Below are positions 1 to 10,719 of a stretch of 46,418 nucleotides of DNA, piece after piece. Source of the stretch: Histomonas meleagridis 2922-C6/04-290x (taxonomy: Eukaryota; Protista; Parabasalia); assembly GCA_020184695.1 (NCBI GenBank), contig JAANOX010000206.1:1-46418 (forward strand), given 5' to 3'. A model generated the notes under the pieces. That model was not told the DNA's origin, ran no database searches, and saw only the letters and a program-made list of their open reading frames with translations. A program made the position numbers and the translations under genes. The number at the start of each line of letters is the position of its first letter. The stretch's first letter is position 1.

Positions 1-16
1 TGTGTGTGTGTGTGTG
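1..16. repeat. (TG)8 microsatellite at the window edge
   Basis: tgtgtgtgtgtgtgtg; the minus-strand capsid-like reading frame runs straight into it. Confidence 0.9.
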
Positions 17-1231
17 AAATAGGTTCATCAGGATAATTTTGACCTGCAATAGTTAATTGTACATTATTATAAATAGGATTATCAAAACAAGTATAATCAT
101 TAGCATGTTTTGGAAATACAACTGTAATAGTTGTAACATTAAATAAAGGCATATTAATAGTAGATTGTATACCAGATTCAGTAGCAGCTAAAGCAAATGC
201 ATTATAATCTAATTGTTGTGAAGGAATTAATAAACCTCCAGGTTGTTGAAGTATTTGAGCTATTTGATTTAAAGTTTCTTCTTTAACTCCAAATCCAAAC
301 ATATTAGATTTACATGAAAGTACAGTTAAACCTGTACAATATAAAGAAACATTCTCAGTTGCAGTATCAATAGTATGATTAGTTTCAGTATCACATTTAA
401 ATGTAGTAGTTATATTAGCAGAATTACCTATTTGAGTAAAACCATGAGTAAATAAAGGTGAATTATTAAATGTAGCATTAATAGAAGAATCTTCTAAAAA
501 TTCTTTAACCTCTATAATTTTACGTGGATCTACTTGACACCAAACTAAACCATTTTGTTTAACATAAAACTTTAATTCAATATCACCAACTAATCTATTT
601 GAATATAAATCAAATGCTTGTAAAGCTAATATATCTTCAAATGGAAGATTCATTTCAAATTCGATATCATGTTTATTTCCATCTGCAATTGTATTTAAAT
701 CAACATAAGTACCACAAACAGATTGAGAATATTCTGAAACATTTTCATATAAAGAATGTGTATATTTTTCTAGTTTTCTTTTTCAGCATAGGGTTTAATT
801 GTAGAATAACAATAACCTTCACGACAACATTCATTTTGTTGATAACCAGTAGAAATATTATTAGACATAATTTGTCATTGATCTAATAATTGATTAGAAC
901 TCTTAAAACCTATAAATATTTTAGCTAAATGCTCAGGATCTTGTAAATTACTAGATGAAATAGCTTTTGATAATCGTACAGTAATTCTAATTTTAAAATT
1001 AATAAAACCTTCAGTTATTTGTGAAACCATATGATCACCATGAGTGATTCTTAATCTAGTTTCTTGTGATTGATTAAAAGGTGCATTTTGATCATGACGA
1101 TCTTCAGTTCTTAAAATAAAAGAACGAGTACCATCATTGTTAGCAATTAAGTTTTTAAGACGATCAAAATAAGCTCCGACATTACCTTGATCATCTTGTT
1201 CATTTTTAGATTGCGTATTATTATAATACAT
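1..1231 (-). pseudogene. Putative major capsid protein of a Polinton/Maverick-like (PLV) element, two in-frame stops, 3' end outside the window
   Basis: ORF 875..1231 continues in the same frame past TGA (875-877) and TAG (770-772) for about 400 codons (...IFIGFKSSNQLLDQ*QIMSNNISTGYQQNECCREGYCYSTIKPYAEKEN*KKYTHSLYENVSEYSQSVCGTY...LIPSQQLDYNAF...FPKHANDYTCFDNP). It is beta-rich and, from memory, resembles repeated virus-like proteins of metamonad genomes. No search was run. Confidence 0.55.
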
Positions 1232-1266
1232 TAATAAAAATGAAAAATATTTTTCATAATTTTTAA

Positions 1267-1497
1267 ATGGGTTGGAGTTTTTGGAATAAAATTAAAAAAG
1301 GTTTGAGCAAATTTCAGTTAAGTAAAGAACAACAAGAAAAATTCAACAAAAATGTGAAAAAATGGTTAGAACATGAAAAGAATCTAGGTAATAAAAATAG
1401 AATTATACCATATAAACCTAATGATAAAATAATATTTGAAGATGTAAAAGAAAAAGTTAGGAATAAGTTAATATTACAGGATCTAATAAAACAATGA
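1267..1497 (+). CDS. Small basic protein with an amphipathic N-terminus (MGWSFWNKIKKGLSKF), probably part of the virus-like element
   Basis: ORF track; its N-terminus is paralogous to the downstream ORF at 1518. Confidence 0.45.
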   Translation: MGWSFWNKIKKGLSKFQLSKEQQEKFNKNVKKWLEHEKNLGNKNRIIPYKPNDKIIFEDVKEKVRNKLILQDLIKQ

Positions 1498-1517
1498 ATT
1501 TATTTTTATTATTATTT

Positions 1518-1787
1518 ATGACTAGGGGTTTTTGAAACAAAATTAAAAATGGATTTAAAAAAGCAGGTGCTTGGATCAGAGATAAAATTATTAAACCAGT
1601 TGAAAGATTTATTGGTAATGTATGGAATAAAGTAGCTAAACCTGTTGTAAATACAGTAGGTAAAATACCTGGAATTGAAAATTTACCTGGACATGCAGGT
1701 GCTATTGCAAAAGGAATTAAAATAGCAGATAAATTCTCACCTGTTATAGATGGTGTAGCAAATGCGCTAGTTGGACAAAAGAAATAA
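1518..1787 (+). pseudogene. Amphipathic, adenovirus pVI-like or cecropin-like small protein with TGA at codon 6
   Basis: MTRGF*NKIKNGFKKAGAWIRDKIIKPVERFIGNVWNKVAKPVVNTVGKIPG...ALVGQKK*. The stop (1533-1535) aligns with the W of SFWNKIK in the neighbouring ORF. Confidence 0.5.
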
Positions 1788-1919
1788 TAAAATATTATTT
1801 ATATATTGTTTTGAAACTATTCCAAAACCCAGGCATCCTTAAAGAACACCTGTGTCCCCATTTGTCATAGTTTAGTTTCAAAAATTCATTATAATTCAAT
1901 AGAATTTTCATTTTTATTA

Positions 1920-2138
1920 ATGTCTAGTAGCACGAAGGTGATCAAGACTTATTATGACGATGAGACATCAAATTCATCAACGATAGAGAAAGAAACTGAG
2001 TTAATAGATCCCTCTATCCGGTATATAAAGTTACCAAAACTAACTATTAGTAATTCAATTTATTTTGAAAAATTATCAAATTATCCAATTGAAAGACAAA
2101 ATAGTAGAATATATTCATCACCTTCTAGTTTTTTATAG
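1920..2138 (+). CDS. Hypothetical protein (72 aa), probably element-borne
   Basis: ATG-initiated ORF in the compact gene cluster; no recognised motif. Confidence 0.3.
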   Translation: MSSSTKVIKTYYDDETSNSSTIEKETELIDPSIRYIKLPKLTISNSIYFEKLSNYPIERQNSRIYSSPSSFL

Positions 2139-2179
2139 AATCAAAATAAATAAAAAAATTAAAATCATTTTTTTATTTT

Positions 2180-2647
2180 TTAGGCACTCTTGAAAAGATC
2201 CTGCTTTAAATCAAAAGCAGATTGATGAGTTTTGTCTTTATGTTGACTATTAACGATTACATTATCTAATAATGTACGATTAATTTCATCATTATATGAC
2301 TCATAGATATATGACGCATACCATCGTCCAAATTTACATTTCAATGGAAATAAGTCTATTTCTAAATAATGAACATTTTGATTTATATATAGTTTCTTAT
2401 TTTCAGTAATTGGAATTGATATTAGTATCGGGTTGTCAAAGAATTCTATTATTTCTCTTTGAATAAAATAAAAATCGGAAGAATTACTATGTTTTATTAT
2501 CATCCCAATTGGATTGATAATAAAATTGTTGTGATTTCCCATTTTATTATATTTAGGATCAAAGAATATTGCAACATCAATAGCATCAAGATCCTTATTT
2601 TTGATATTGTCTGCAATTTGAGCAATGGAAAAAATATTCGCATACAT
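2180..2647 (-). CDS. Hypothetical protein (155 aa), probably element-borne
   Basis: ATG-initiated ORF converging on the 1920 ORF; no recognised motif. Confidence 0.35.
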   Translation of the reverse strand: MYANIFSIAQIADNIKNKDLDAIDVAIFFDPKYNKMGNHNNFIINPIGMIIKHSNSSDFYFIQREIIEFFDNPILISIPITENKKLYINQNVHYLEIDLFPLKCKFGRWYASYIYESYNDEINRTLLDNVIVNSQHKDKTHQSAFDLKQDLFKSA

Positions 2648-2976
2648 GAAGAAAAAAATGAAGTGATAATTTATAACAGTTATTTATTATTCGAAATAAA
2701 GTTTGCCATGCATTCAAAAATATTCGTCGTTTTTTGACTATTAACCTCCTGGCAAAGATAAATTGAATAAAATAAATGTCCGACCAAAGATAACCGAGGA
2801 CAATTCGTGTTGGTTATGTGAGGTTTTTGATAGGTTTATGCGAAAAGTGGTGCTAAAAGTGCTATCGTTCCTATCAAAAAGTTTCGCGTTCTCTCAAAAT
2901 TGAATGCACATTCAAATTTTCAGACGAATTGTATGGCTCACAAAAATCATTTTGATTTTTGTTGCGAGCGGAGCGA

Positions 2977-3080
2977 GCACACTCGGGGGATTGGAGGGGT
3001 CTGAGGCCTCCGGAGGGGTCCGAAGGGCACACTCGGGGGATTGGAGGGGTCTGAGGCCTCCGGAGGGGTCCGAAGGGCAC
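2977..3080. repeat. GC-rich 50-bp direct tandem repeat, two exact copies
   Basis: actcgggggattggaggggtctgaggcctccggaggggtccgaagggcac at 2981-3030 and 3031-3080. Confidence 0.95.
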
Positions 3081-3125
3081 CTCCGGAGGCCGAAGACCCC
3101 GGAAATCCCCCCAGTGAAAACTTAA

Positions 3126-3202
3126 GGTCGGGAATGATCACGAGGACCCTAGGGGCCCCGCCGGGGGCGGGGCCCCTAGGGTCCTCGTGATCATTCCCGA
3201 CC
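3126..3202. repeat. Perfect GC-rich inverted repeat: 37-bp arms, 3-nt loop
   Basis: ggtcgggaatgatcacgaggaccctaggggccccgcc (3126-3162), ggg, then the exact reverse complement (3166-3202). Confidence 0.97.
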
Positions 3203-4433
3203 GCATTATATACCTACCGTTGCTGCACATTATGCATTGCACTGACTGTAGCACATTGACATAGCCTTGAAACAAGGAAGGAGAGTACACGGCAAAAGTA
3301 CTTTGTTTTCAGTTCGAAAAATATCAATTTTTTTTTTTGTCAACCATACATCACCAAAATTTGTAGTTTGCTGAAAGTTCTTATTCGGACGCTCATTCCA
3401 AAGCATTAATAGACCATTAATACAACACACCTAGTTCGAAATTTATAAAAGAAAACACTATAATTTAATGCTTTATTTTGACTTTTTAACGAGTTTACTC
3501 AACCTAAAAATCACTAAGAATAAACTATTGAATTCCTTTCAAAAGTCATCAAATCTTTCGGATTTTTGGGAATGAGTTTGTGTGACACCAAGCTTCGCAA
3601 GGTTATTATGTTTTTTTTTAATGTTTGTCCAACATAGGAATCCCAAATTGCACTCCATTGACATCCATAACGACTGCCCCATATTAGACATACAAATGTA
3701 ATCAGGTATAGCTTTTTTGTTTTATCTCTTTGTTGGAAGAGAATCGACATGCATTTCTAAAAAGCAATTATTTTCTATAGTATGCAAAAGCTCAGTTTTG
3801 AAATGTAAAGACTGAATTTCTTTTTTTAATTTTTCGTTTTCTTTCGATAATTGCTTGTATTTGGATGAATGTAAATTAAATGATTGACTTAAATTTTTTC
3901 CCTCTTCTTGAAAACGTAAAACTTGGCATCGCAGTTGAGCATCAATTGCATCTTGAGAATCATTTGTTCTTTGTTTAAAACCTCTAGTGATATTTTTAAT
4001 CGGAGTATTAAAAAGTGACTTTAAACAATGAATATACTCAACGTTAATTTACTTTTTTGTTTCTGTTGTTATTAGTAATTTGGTATATTCAGCATTTTTC
4101 TCACAAAGATTTTCATGTAATTTATATTTTGAATATTGAAAAGCAATTCAAGCATAAGAATTTATGTATTCGGGAAAGAAATATTTTCAGAAAAGGAAAT
4201 ATATATTGCAAACGGTAGTCTTTCCAAAAAAATTATAGCTTTTTTAAAAAACTATAGAATTCGCGAAAAACCCTTATGTTTTCATACCAAAACATTTAAA
4301 AAAAAAAACATTACAACATTAATGTTTTGTTTAAACATTTTAAAATTCCTTCACCATTTCCTAAAAAACAACATATTTTCCTAAAACAAATGTTTTTAGA
4401 AAAAAAATATCTATTTTCGAAAATAAGGTTTTC

Positions 4434-6986
4434 CTAATGGCTAATAGCATTTCTCAAAAACAAATGTTTTTTAAAAACTTTTTTCGAGAATTTATATTGA
4501 AGTAATTTAACTATTTCTGTATAACCTTTTTCAGATGCTTTAATAAGTGCTGTTTTAAATAATTTAAATAATTTCCAAATATTATTTTGAATTACCAAAT
4601 TATTAAAATAAATCCAAAATAAAACAAATAAATATTTTTAGCATTAATATCAATTCCTTCTTGCTCAAGAAGTAATTTAACTATTTCTGTACGACCATTT
4701 GAAGATGCCCATATAAGTGCTGTATAAAATAATTTAAATAATTTCCAAATATTATTTTGAAACAAAAAATTATTAAAATAAATATCAAATAAAACAAATA
4801 AATGTCTTTAGCATTAATATCAATTCCTTTTTGTTCAAGAAGTAATTTAACGATTTCTGTACGACCATTTTCAGATGCTAATATAAGTGCTGTATTAAAT
4901 AATTTAAATAATTTCCAAATATTATTTTGAAACAAAAAATTATTAAAATAAATTTTAAATAAAACAAATAAATATCTTTAGCATTAATATCAATTCCTTC
5001 TTGTTCTAGAAGTAATTTAACTATTTTTATATGACCTTTTAAAGATGCTAAAATAAGTGCAGTATTAAATAATTTAAATAATTTTCAAATATTATTTTAA
5101 AATATCAAATTATTAAAATAAATATTAAATAAAACAAATAAATATCTTTAGCATTAATGTCAATTCCTTCTTGTTCTAGAAGTAATTTAACTATTTCTGT
5201 ATGACCATTTTCAGATGTCCATATAAGTGCTGTTTTGAATATTTGAAATAATTTTCAAATATTATTTTGAAATAATAAATTATTGATACCAATATTAAAT
5301 AAAACAAATAAATATCTTTAGCATTAATGTCAATTCCTTCTTGTTCAAGAAGTAATTGAACTATTTCTGTTCTACCATTTTTAGATGCAAATATAAGTGC
5401 TGTTTCAAATAATTTAAATAATTTCCAAATATTATTTTGAAATATAAAATTATTAAAATAAATATTAAATAAAACATATAAATATCTTTAGCATTAATAT
5501 CGATTTCTTTATGATCAAGAAGTAATTTAACTATTTCTATATGACCATTTTCAGATGCTTTCATAAGTGCTGTTTCAGATAATTTAAATAATTTCCAAAT
5601 ATTATTTTAAAATATAAAATTATTAAAAAAAATTTTAAATAAAACAAATAAATATTTTTAGCATTAATATTAATTCCTTTTTGTTCAAGAAGTAATTTAA
5701 CTATTTCTGTATGACCATTTGAAGATGCTTTAATAAGTGCTGTTTCAAATAATTTAAATAATTTCCAAATATTATTTTGAAATATAAAATTATTAAAATA
5801 AATATCAAATAAAACAAATGTGTATCTTTCGTATTGATATTAATAACTTTTTGTTTTAATATATATTTAACAAGTTCTATATTTCCTGATTGTGAAGAAA
5901 ATACCAAAATATCATTTGGAAAATTATTGTTATTAATAAAATACTTAACAAGATATAAATTACCTATTCTTGCAGATTCATTAATAATGCTAGCATTAAT
6001 TTTCATTCCTTTCGTTTCAAGATATACAAAAATTTCATAATTACAATACAAAATACATTTTTTCCCTAATTCTTCTAAATTATTTTTTTCTATAATTTTA
6101 TTTTCATAAATATATTTAAAGATATCATTGCGATGAAATTCAATTGCTGTTTCATGTGCATCTTCAAATGTTGAATGATTTTGTTCACATAAATGAATTA
6201 TTTCAAGATTTCCACCTGCAACTGCATATTTGCCAGTGTTATTTACATTTGCACCATTCATAAGTAAATACTTAAAACATTTAATTGATTTAAAAAATGC
6301 TGCATAATCAATTAATGTAACATCTTCCCCATTAATAAAATCACTTCTTTCATAAAGTGATGGTTCAATGATTTGATTAATGTCAAAATCATTTGGTGAT
6401 GATATTTCTTGAAGTTTATCTACTTCATCATTTCTAATTATTGTTGCAATTTCATTTGGACTATGTCCTTCTTCAATATATTTTTGATGAAGTTCCCAAT
6501 CGTTTTCTGAAAGTTCTTCATAATTATTATAGATTTGTCCTAGATACCGATTAATTTTCAGATTCATAGGTTCTTCCTCTACAATATAATGAATAAAATA
6601 TGGAATTTCAATATTTTCAGTTATATTTTTTATAATTTTAGAATTTAATAAATTTTGTTTAAATAAATGATAAAAAATAATTAAAGTTTCTTTTTGAATT
6701 TTCATTAAGAAGAAAATGCGAAAATACATCAAGAAAATTGGATTTAATGCTTGCAAATTTATTTATAAAACACAAATATAAATCAAGATCATTCATATTA
6801 GCAATATAAGATGAATATAACATTTGACTAATAAATAACTGAAAAGATAACGAATAAGTATCATCAAATTTGCTCATTAACCAATTTACTGTTTTTTCAA
6901 TAGTTTCTTCTTTTAAGCAAAAAAAACATATTACTGATTTGAAGAAAGTTTATAAACTCATCTTGAGGTTTCTGCTTTATCTCCAT
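4434..6986 (-). CDS. DUF3447-ankyrin protein, locus A: N-terminal/DUF3447 region, then 8 ankyrin blocks each preceded by a 77-nt spacer
   Basis: DUF3447-type motifs (IKCFKYLLMNGA, YAVAGGNLEIIHLCEQ, AIEFHRNDIF). Probable ATG at 6986, with two +1 homopolymer frameshifts (about 6920 and 6692). Stop-free ankyrin blocks xTAL..AS..G..EIVKLLLEQEGIDINAKD; the last ends ...IVKLLQYKFSKKVFKKHLFLRNAISH* (TAG 4434-4436). The joined coding model is inferred. Confidence 0.75.
4500..5823 (-). repeat. 170-nt period ankyrin+spacer array A (8 units)
   Basis: aagtgc(t/a)gt anchors at 4545, 4715, 4885, 5055, 5225, 5395, 5565, 5735; first spacer 5747-5823 = 77 nt. Confidence 0.97.
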
Positions 6987-7263
6987 ATTGACAGTTCTTC
7001 CGATTATTTTTAAAGAAGACGTTTATTTCAAAAAAACGAGCGAAAGTGTCATCCACACCAAGTTCAGTTCAAATTATTTATTTATTTATTTAATATTTCC
7101 AATGTAGAATTGATTTCAAGCCAAACAATAACAACATTATCAGTGCGTACAGTACTGTGGAGTGGGAAAGAGTTAACGTTTTCATATTCTGGTGTCAAAC
7201 GAATTCTCTCAATTTCAGAACAAAAAACCGCCACATCAAACGTTTGATGAGTTAGTAATTTGT

Positions 7264-9024
7264 TTACTCAGTTTGCTTAAAGTTATACTTCTCACGTTGG
7301 AGGAGGTCGTCTTGAACTGCTGTAACTACTTCGTTAAGGTCATGCTCAGCCTTTTCCTTATTTTCAGCTCCGATTTCAATGTACCATTTAATCTTTGGTT
7401 CAGTTCCAGAAGTACGGATTGTAGCTACGCAGCCATTTTCTAAGTAGAAAGTGATCATGTTACCTCCTTGTTTAGGAAGTACAGTCTTATGGTCTGCAGT
7501 TGCTGAGTCATAGCCAAGAGTCATATCTCTAATTCTATCGACTTTAAATTCGCCAATCTTCATCAAATGCTTTCCATCTGGGCCAGAAGTTCTCATTCTT
7601 TGGAAGAGATCAGCGATAATCTTTTGGTCGTGACAAATGAAGTAGCTATTGTTGAATAAGAAGAATCCATACTTAGCATAGATATCATCCAACTTATCAG
7701 TAAGTGACTTCTTTTCAGTGCGCATTAAATGATGTGCCATTTCTGCTACAACTGCTGCTGTTGAGATGGCATCTTTGTCTGGGACTTCTCCTGGGATTGA
7801 TTCGAATCCAATAGCTTCTTCGAATGCTAACAATGGTGTAAGACCTTCAGCCTTAGCCTTAAGTGCTGCATTTCCAAGCCACTTGAAACCGGTAAGTGTT
7901 TCTTCATGTAAGAATCCTTCCTTCTCAGCCATAACCTTTTGGAAGCGTGTTGATACAGTTGATGAGAAGAATTTAGCTTTGGAGTGATCGCCTTTGTAAT
8001 GTTCCATGAACCACCATGTAAGAAGTGCACCTGTATGGTTTCCATGAAGGATGCGCCATGAGCCATCCTTTTGACGGACAGCAAGACCGACACGATCTGC
8101 ATCAGGATCTTGGCAAATGATCAAATCTGAGTTGTGTGCATCGGCTGTGCGCATTGCAAGACGGAATACTTTCTCACCTTCTTCTGGATTTGGAAAATCT
8201 GATGTTGGGAAGTTGCCATCACCTTCGACTTGCTCTGGAACTGGGATTGGAAGTGGAAGACCGAACTTCTTGAAAGCCCATAATGTTGGCTTATGACCAA
8301 CACCATGCATAGCTGTGTATGTGATTAAGAGACCTGAAGGCTTTGAGTTTTCTTCATGGTGGAAGCACAACTTCTCGAAAATCATGTTGTTATAAGCTTC
8401 ACGGATATCATCTAATGGATCGACACAAAGTGGGGACTTGGCGAAGAGTGAAACATCATATCCTTCCCATTTAGAAAGGTTTTGTTGGATGGCGTCAGCA
8501 ATTCCTTTGTCATGTGGTTCGATGATTTGAGCACCATTGTCCCAGTAAACTTTGTAACCATTGTCTGTTGCTGGGTTATGACTTGCGGTAACCATAACAC
8601 CACCGGCGGCATGGAGCTTGACGATTGAAAAGGCAACATATGGTGTTGGGATAATTGTTGAGAAGAGATACACTTTGATTCCTTTCATTAAGAAAACGTT
8701 GGCTGTAGTTTCAGCATAGCTACGGGATCCGTGGCGTGCATCATAACCAACAACAATACCACGTTGTTGCATTGTCTCTAAGCCAAGTGTCTTAATTGCA
8801 TAATCGCAGTAACCTTGGGCTGTTTGGAGGATGATTCCTGGGTTTAAGCAGTTGTAGCCTGCATCCATGCGTCCACGAATACCGGCAGTGCCAAAAACTG
8901 GACGATTTCCAAAGTATTTTTTCAACTCTTCTTCGTTGTCGAGGATTTTCTTGATTTTGTCGATGTATTCTGGGTTGGTTTCGACTGCGAGATATTGCTC
9001 TGCGTCTTTGCGAAGACTGGCCAT
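7264..9024 (-). CDS. PGM2: Phosphoglucomutase/phosphomannomutase (PGM2-like alpha-D-phosphohexomutase)
   Basis: FGTAGIRG, TASHNP phosphoserine loop, DPDADR metal loop, FEEAIG sugar loop, RTSGTEPKIK; TCACT initiator just upstream. Confidence 0.93.
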   Translation of the reverse strand: MASLRKDAEQYLAVETNPEYIDKIKKILDNEEELKKYFGNRPVFGTAGIRGRMDAGYNCLNPGIILQTAQGYCDYAIKTLGLETMQQRGIVVGYDARHGSRSYAETTANVFLMKGIKVYLFSTIIPTPYVAFSIVKLHAAGGVMVTASHNPATDNGYKVYWDNGAQIIEPHDKGIADAIQQNLSKWEGYDVSLFAKSPLCVDPLDDIREAYNNMIFEKLCFHHEENSKPSGLLITYTAMHGVGHKPTLWAFKKFGLPLPIPVPEQVEGDGNFPTSDFPNPEEGEKVFRLAMRTADAHNSDLIICQDPDADRVGLAVRQKDGSWRILHGNHTGALLTWWFMEHYKGDHSKAKFFSSTVSTRFQKVMAEKEGFLHEETLTGFKWLGNAALKAKAEGLTPLLAFEEAIGFESIPGEVPDKDAISTAAVVAEMAHHLMRTEKKSLTDKLDDIYAKYGFFLFNNSYFICHDQKIIADLFQRMRTSGPDGKHLMKIGEFKVDRIRDMTLGYDSATADHKTVLPKQGGNMITFYLENGCVATIRTSGTEPKIKWYIEIGAENKEKAEHDLNEVVTAVQDDLLQREKYNFKQTE

Positions 9025-9514
9025 TTATAAAAGTGAAGTCACTAGCGGTTACATCGGCACGATGGAATTCAATTCACAAATTTCTTAACTTTATGAATAA
9101 AATTGACAGGTTAAAAGTTTCGCTTTTGAATTTCAGATATCTGAAAATTCAATGAGAAATAAATTAAATTCTCAAATTGAATTAAATGTTACAAGTTATC
9201 AGAATTGTGATTGGATTAACAAAACAGTGGGAAACGTGAATTCAACAGTTATTTGATGGGCCAATGGCTACAGAGAATACTTTTAGATGATGCTTCGAAC
9301 TTGGTGGTGGCTTTAAGTTTGATGTGATATCATTATTTTATCGGCATGTAAAGCATGCAAAATATTCGTACGTTTGAATACTTTTCTGAGCTATTTCAAT
9401 TTATTGAATGCTTTGAAGATGATTGTTTTTGAGAACAAAAATTTGATTTTTACTCTTCACTTTGGATATTTTTAATTCTTGATATTATGAAGCTTATGCA
9501 TTCAGATAAAATTT

Positions 9515-9879
9515 ATGTCTACTACAAACACACAAGAATCATATTATTTAATCGAGAAAGTGATTGAACACAATTTAATTGATAAAAATATCACTAAAAA
9601 TATTAAATCGAAATATTTTTTTTTCATTATAAAGCAAAAAAAGAAAACCAAACCCAAACATGTGTGGCATTTAATGGGTGTGATCCAAAAGAAAGATACT
9701 TTGGAGATCATGATGAAGAACTTTCAAAGAATGATTGGGAACTTCATAAACAATTAATTAAAGAAGGAGTTAATCCATATGAAATTGCTAAAATAATTCG
9801 AAATGATGAAATAGAACAAAAGTTGAAATTCAATAATATTACAAAGTGCATTGTAAGAAAAACTTCGGCAAAAAATTGA
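9515..9879 (+). pseudogene. Truncated DUF3447-ankyrin family fragment
   Basis: ESYYLIEKVIEHNLID and EELSKNDWELHKQLIKEGVNPYEIAKIIRNDEIE match loci A-C; frameshifted and cut short. Confidence 0.8.
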
Positions 9880-10271
9880 TGGAAACAACATTACAAAGAT
9901 CATACATAAATTTTTTATAGTTTAATTTCCATTTTACAAAAGTTACACGAATAAACGGATCCGTTAATTTTCGATTTTTTTCAAAAATTTTGATTTTGTT
10001 TTACTATTTTTTGCTCTGTTCTCTTTTCAAACAAAAAGAAATCATTCCATTTTAAAAACAAGAGTTCGCGGATAAAATTTCTTATGAAGAAGTTTTTAGA
10101 TATCTTAGAACCGTATGTGTTTATACAACCATATCATATAATATGAACAATATGAATTATTTTGTTAATAATTTAATATATTTTTATTTTCATTAATGAA
10201 TAACTACCTTCATGAGTTAATATTATCAGATTACAGAAAAAATAAAACCAAGATTAATGCGATAATAATTA

Positions 10272-10273
<2 letters not shown>

Positions 10274-10343
<70 letters not shown>
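10274..10343. repeat. (AT)n microsatellite, about 35 units
   Basis: Uninterrupted AT run followed by a poly-T tract. Confidence 0.95.
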
Positions 10344-10346
<3 letters not shown>

Positions 10347-10719
10347 TTTTTTTTTTTTTTTGAAATCAAACAACTATATGAAATGTTTTGTATATGGTTT
10401 AATAAGTGGTTTCATTAATGAATAAAAAAAATAGAGAGAAATTTTAGATTGTAATAATTTTGATTTTTTGTTTAAATCAGGAATGAAAGATTTCCATATG
10501 TATGATAACATCATTGTGTTGAAGTTATAACTTCCTCAAAATGAATATCAAATTAATTTCAAGATATTTGAAACATTATCACATAACTGTTTTGATTTTA
10601 TTTTTAACTTTATTGTATAGTGAAAAGAATGAAACTTCATTGTTAAAATGCCACTTTTTGCATTAATCAAAATAAACGTGCGATTTTTAGCCAGGCGAAC
10701 ATAGTTATTCAATCATAAA

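Noticed and set aside
1-16. (TG)8 as a telomere
   Set aside because: Too short and cut by the window edge; cannot be distinguished from a microsatellite.
2874-3141. ORFs across the GC-rich repeat island
   Set aside because: Open frames arise from stop-poor GC-rich repeats; no protein-like features.
4500-5823. 170-nt arrays as CRISPR arrays
   Set aside because: Both parts of the unit are conserved, one part encodes ankyrin repeats, there are no unique spacers or cas genes, and the context is eukaryotic.
7192-9088. Short overlapping ORFs within PGM (and likewise within DIS3, UER1 and UBR)
   Set aside because: Alternative-frame or antisense shadows of well-supported genes.
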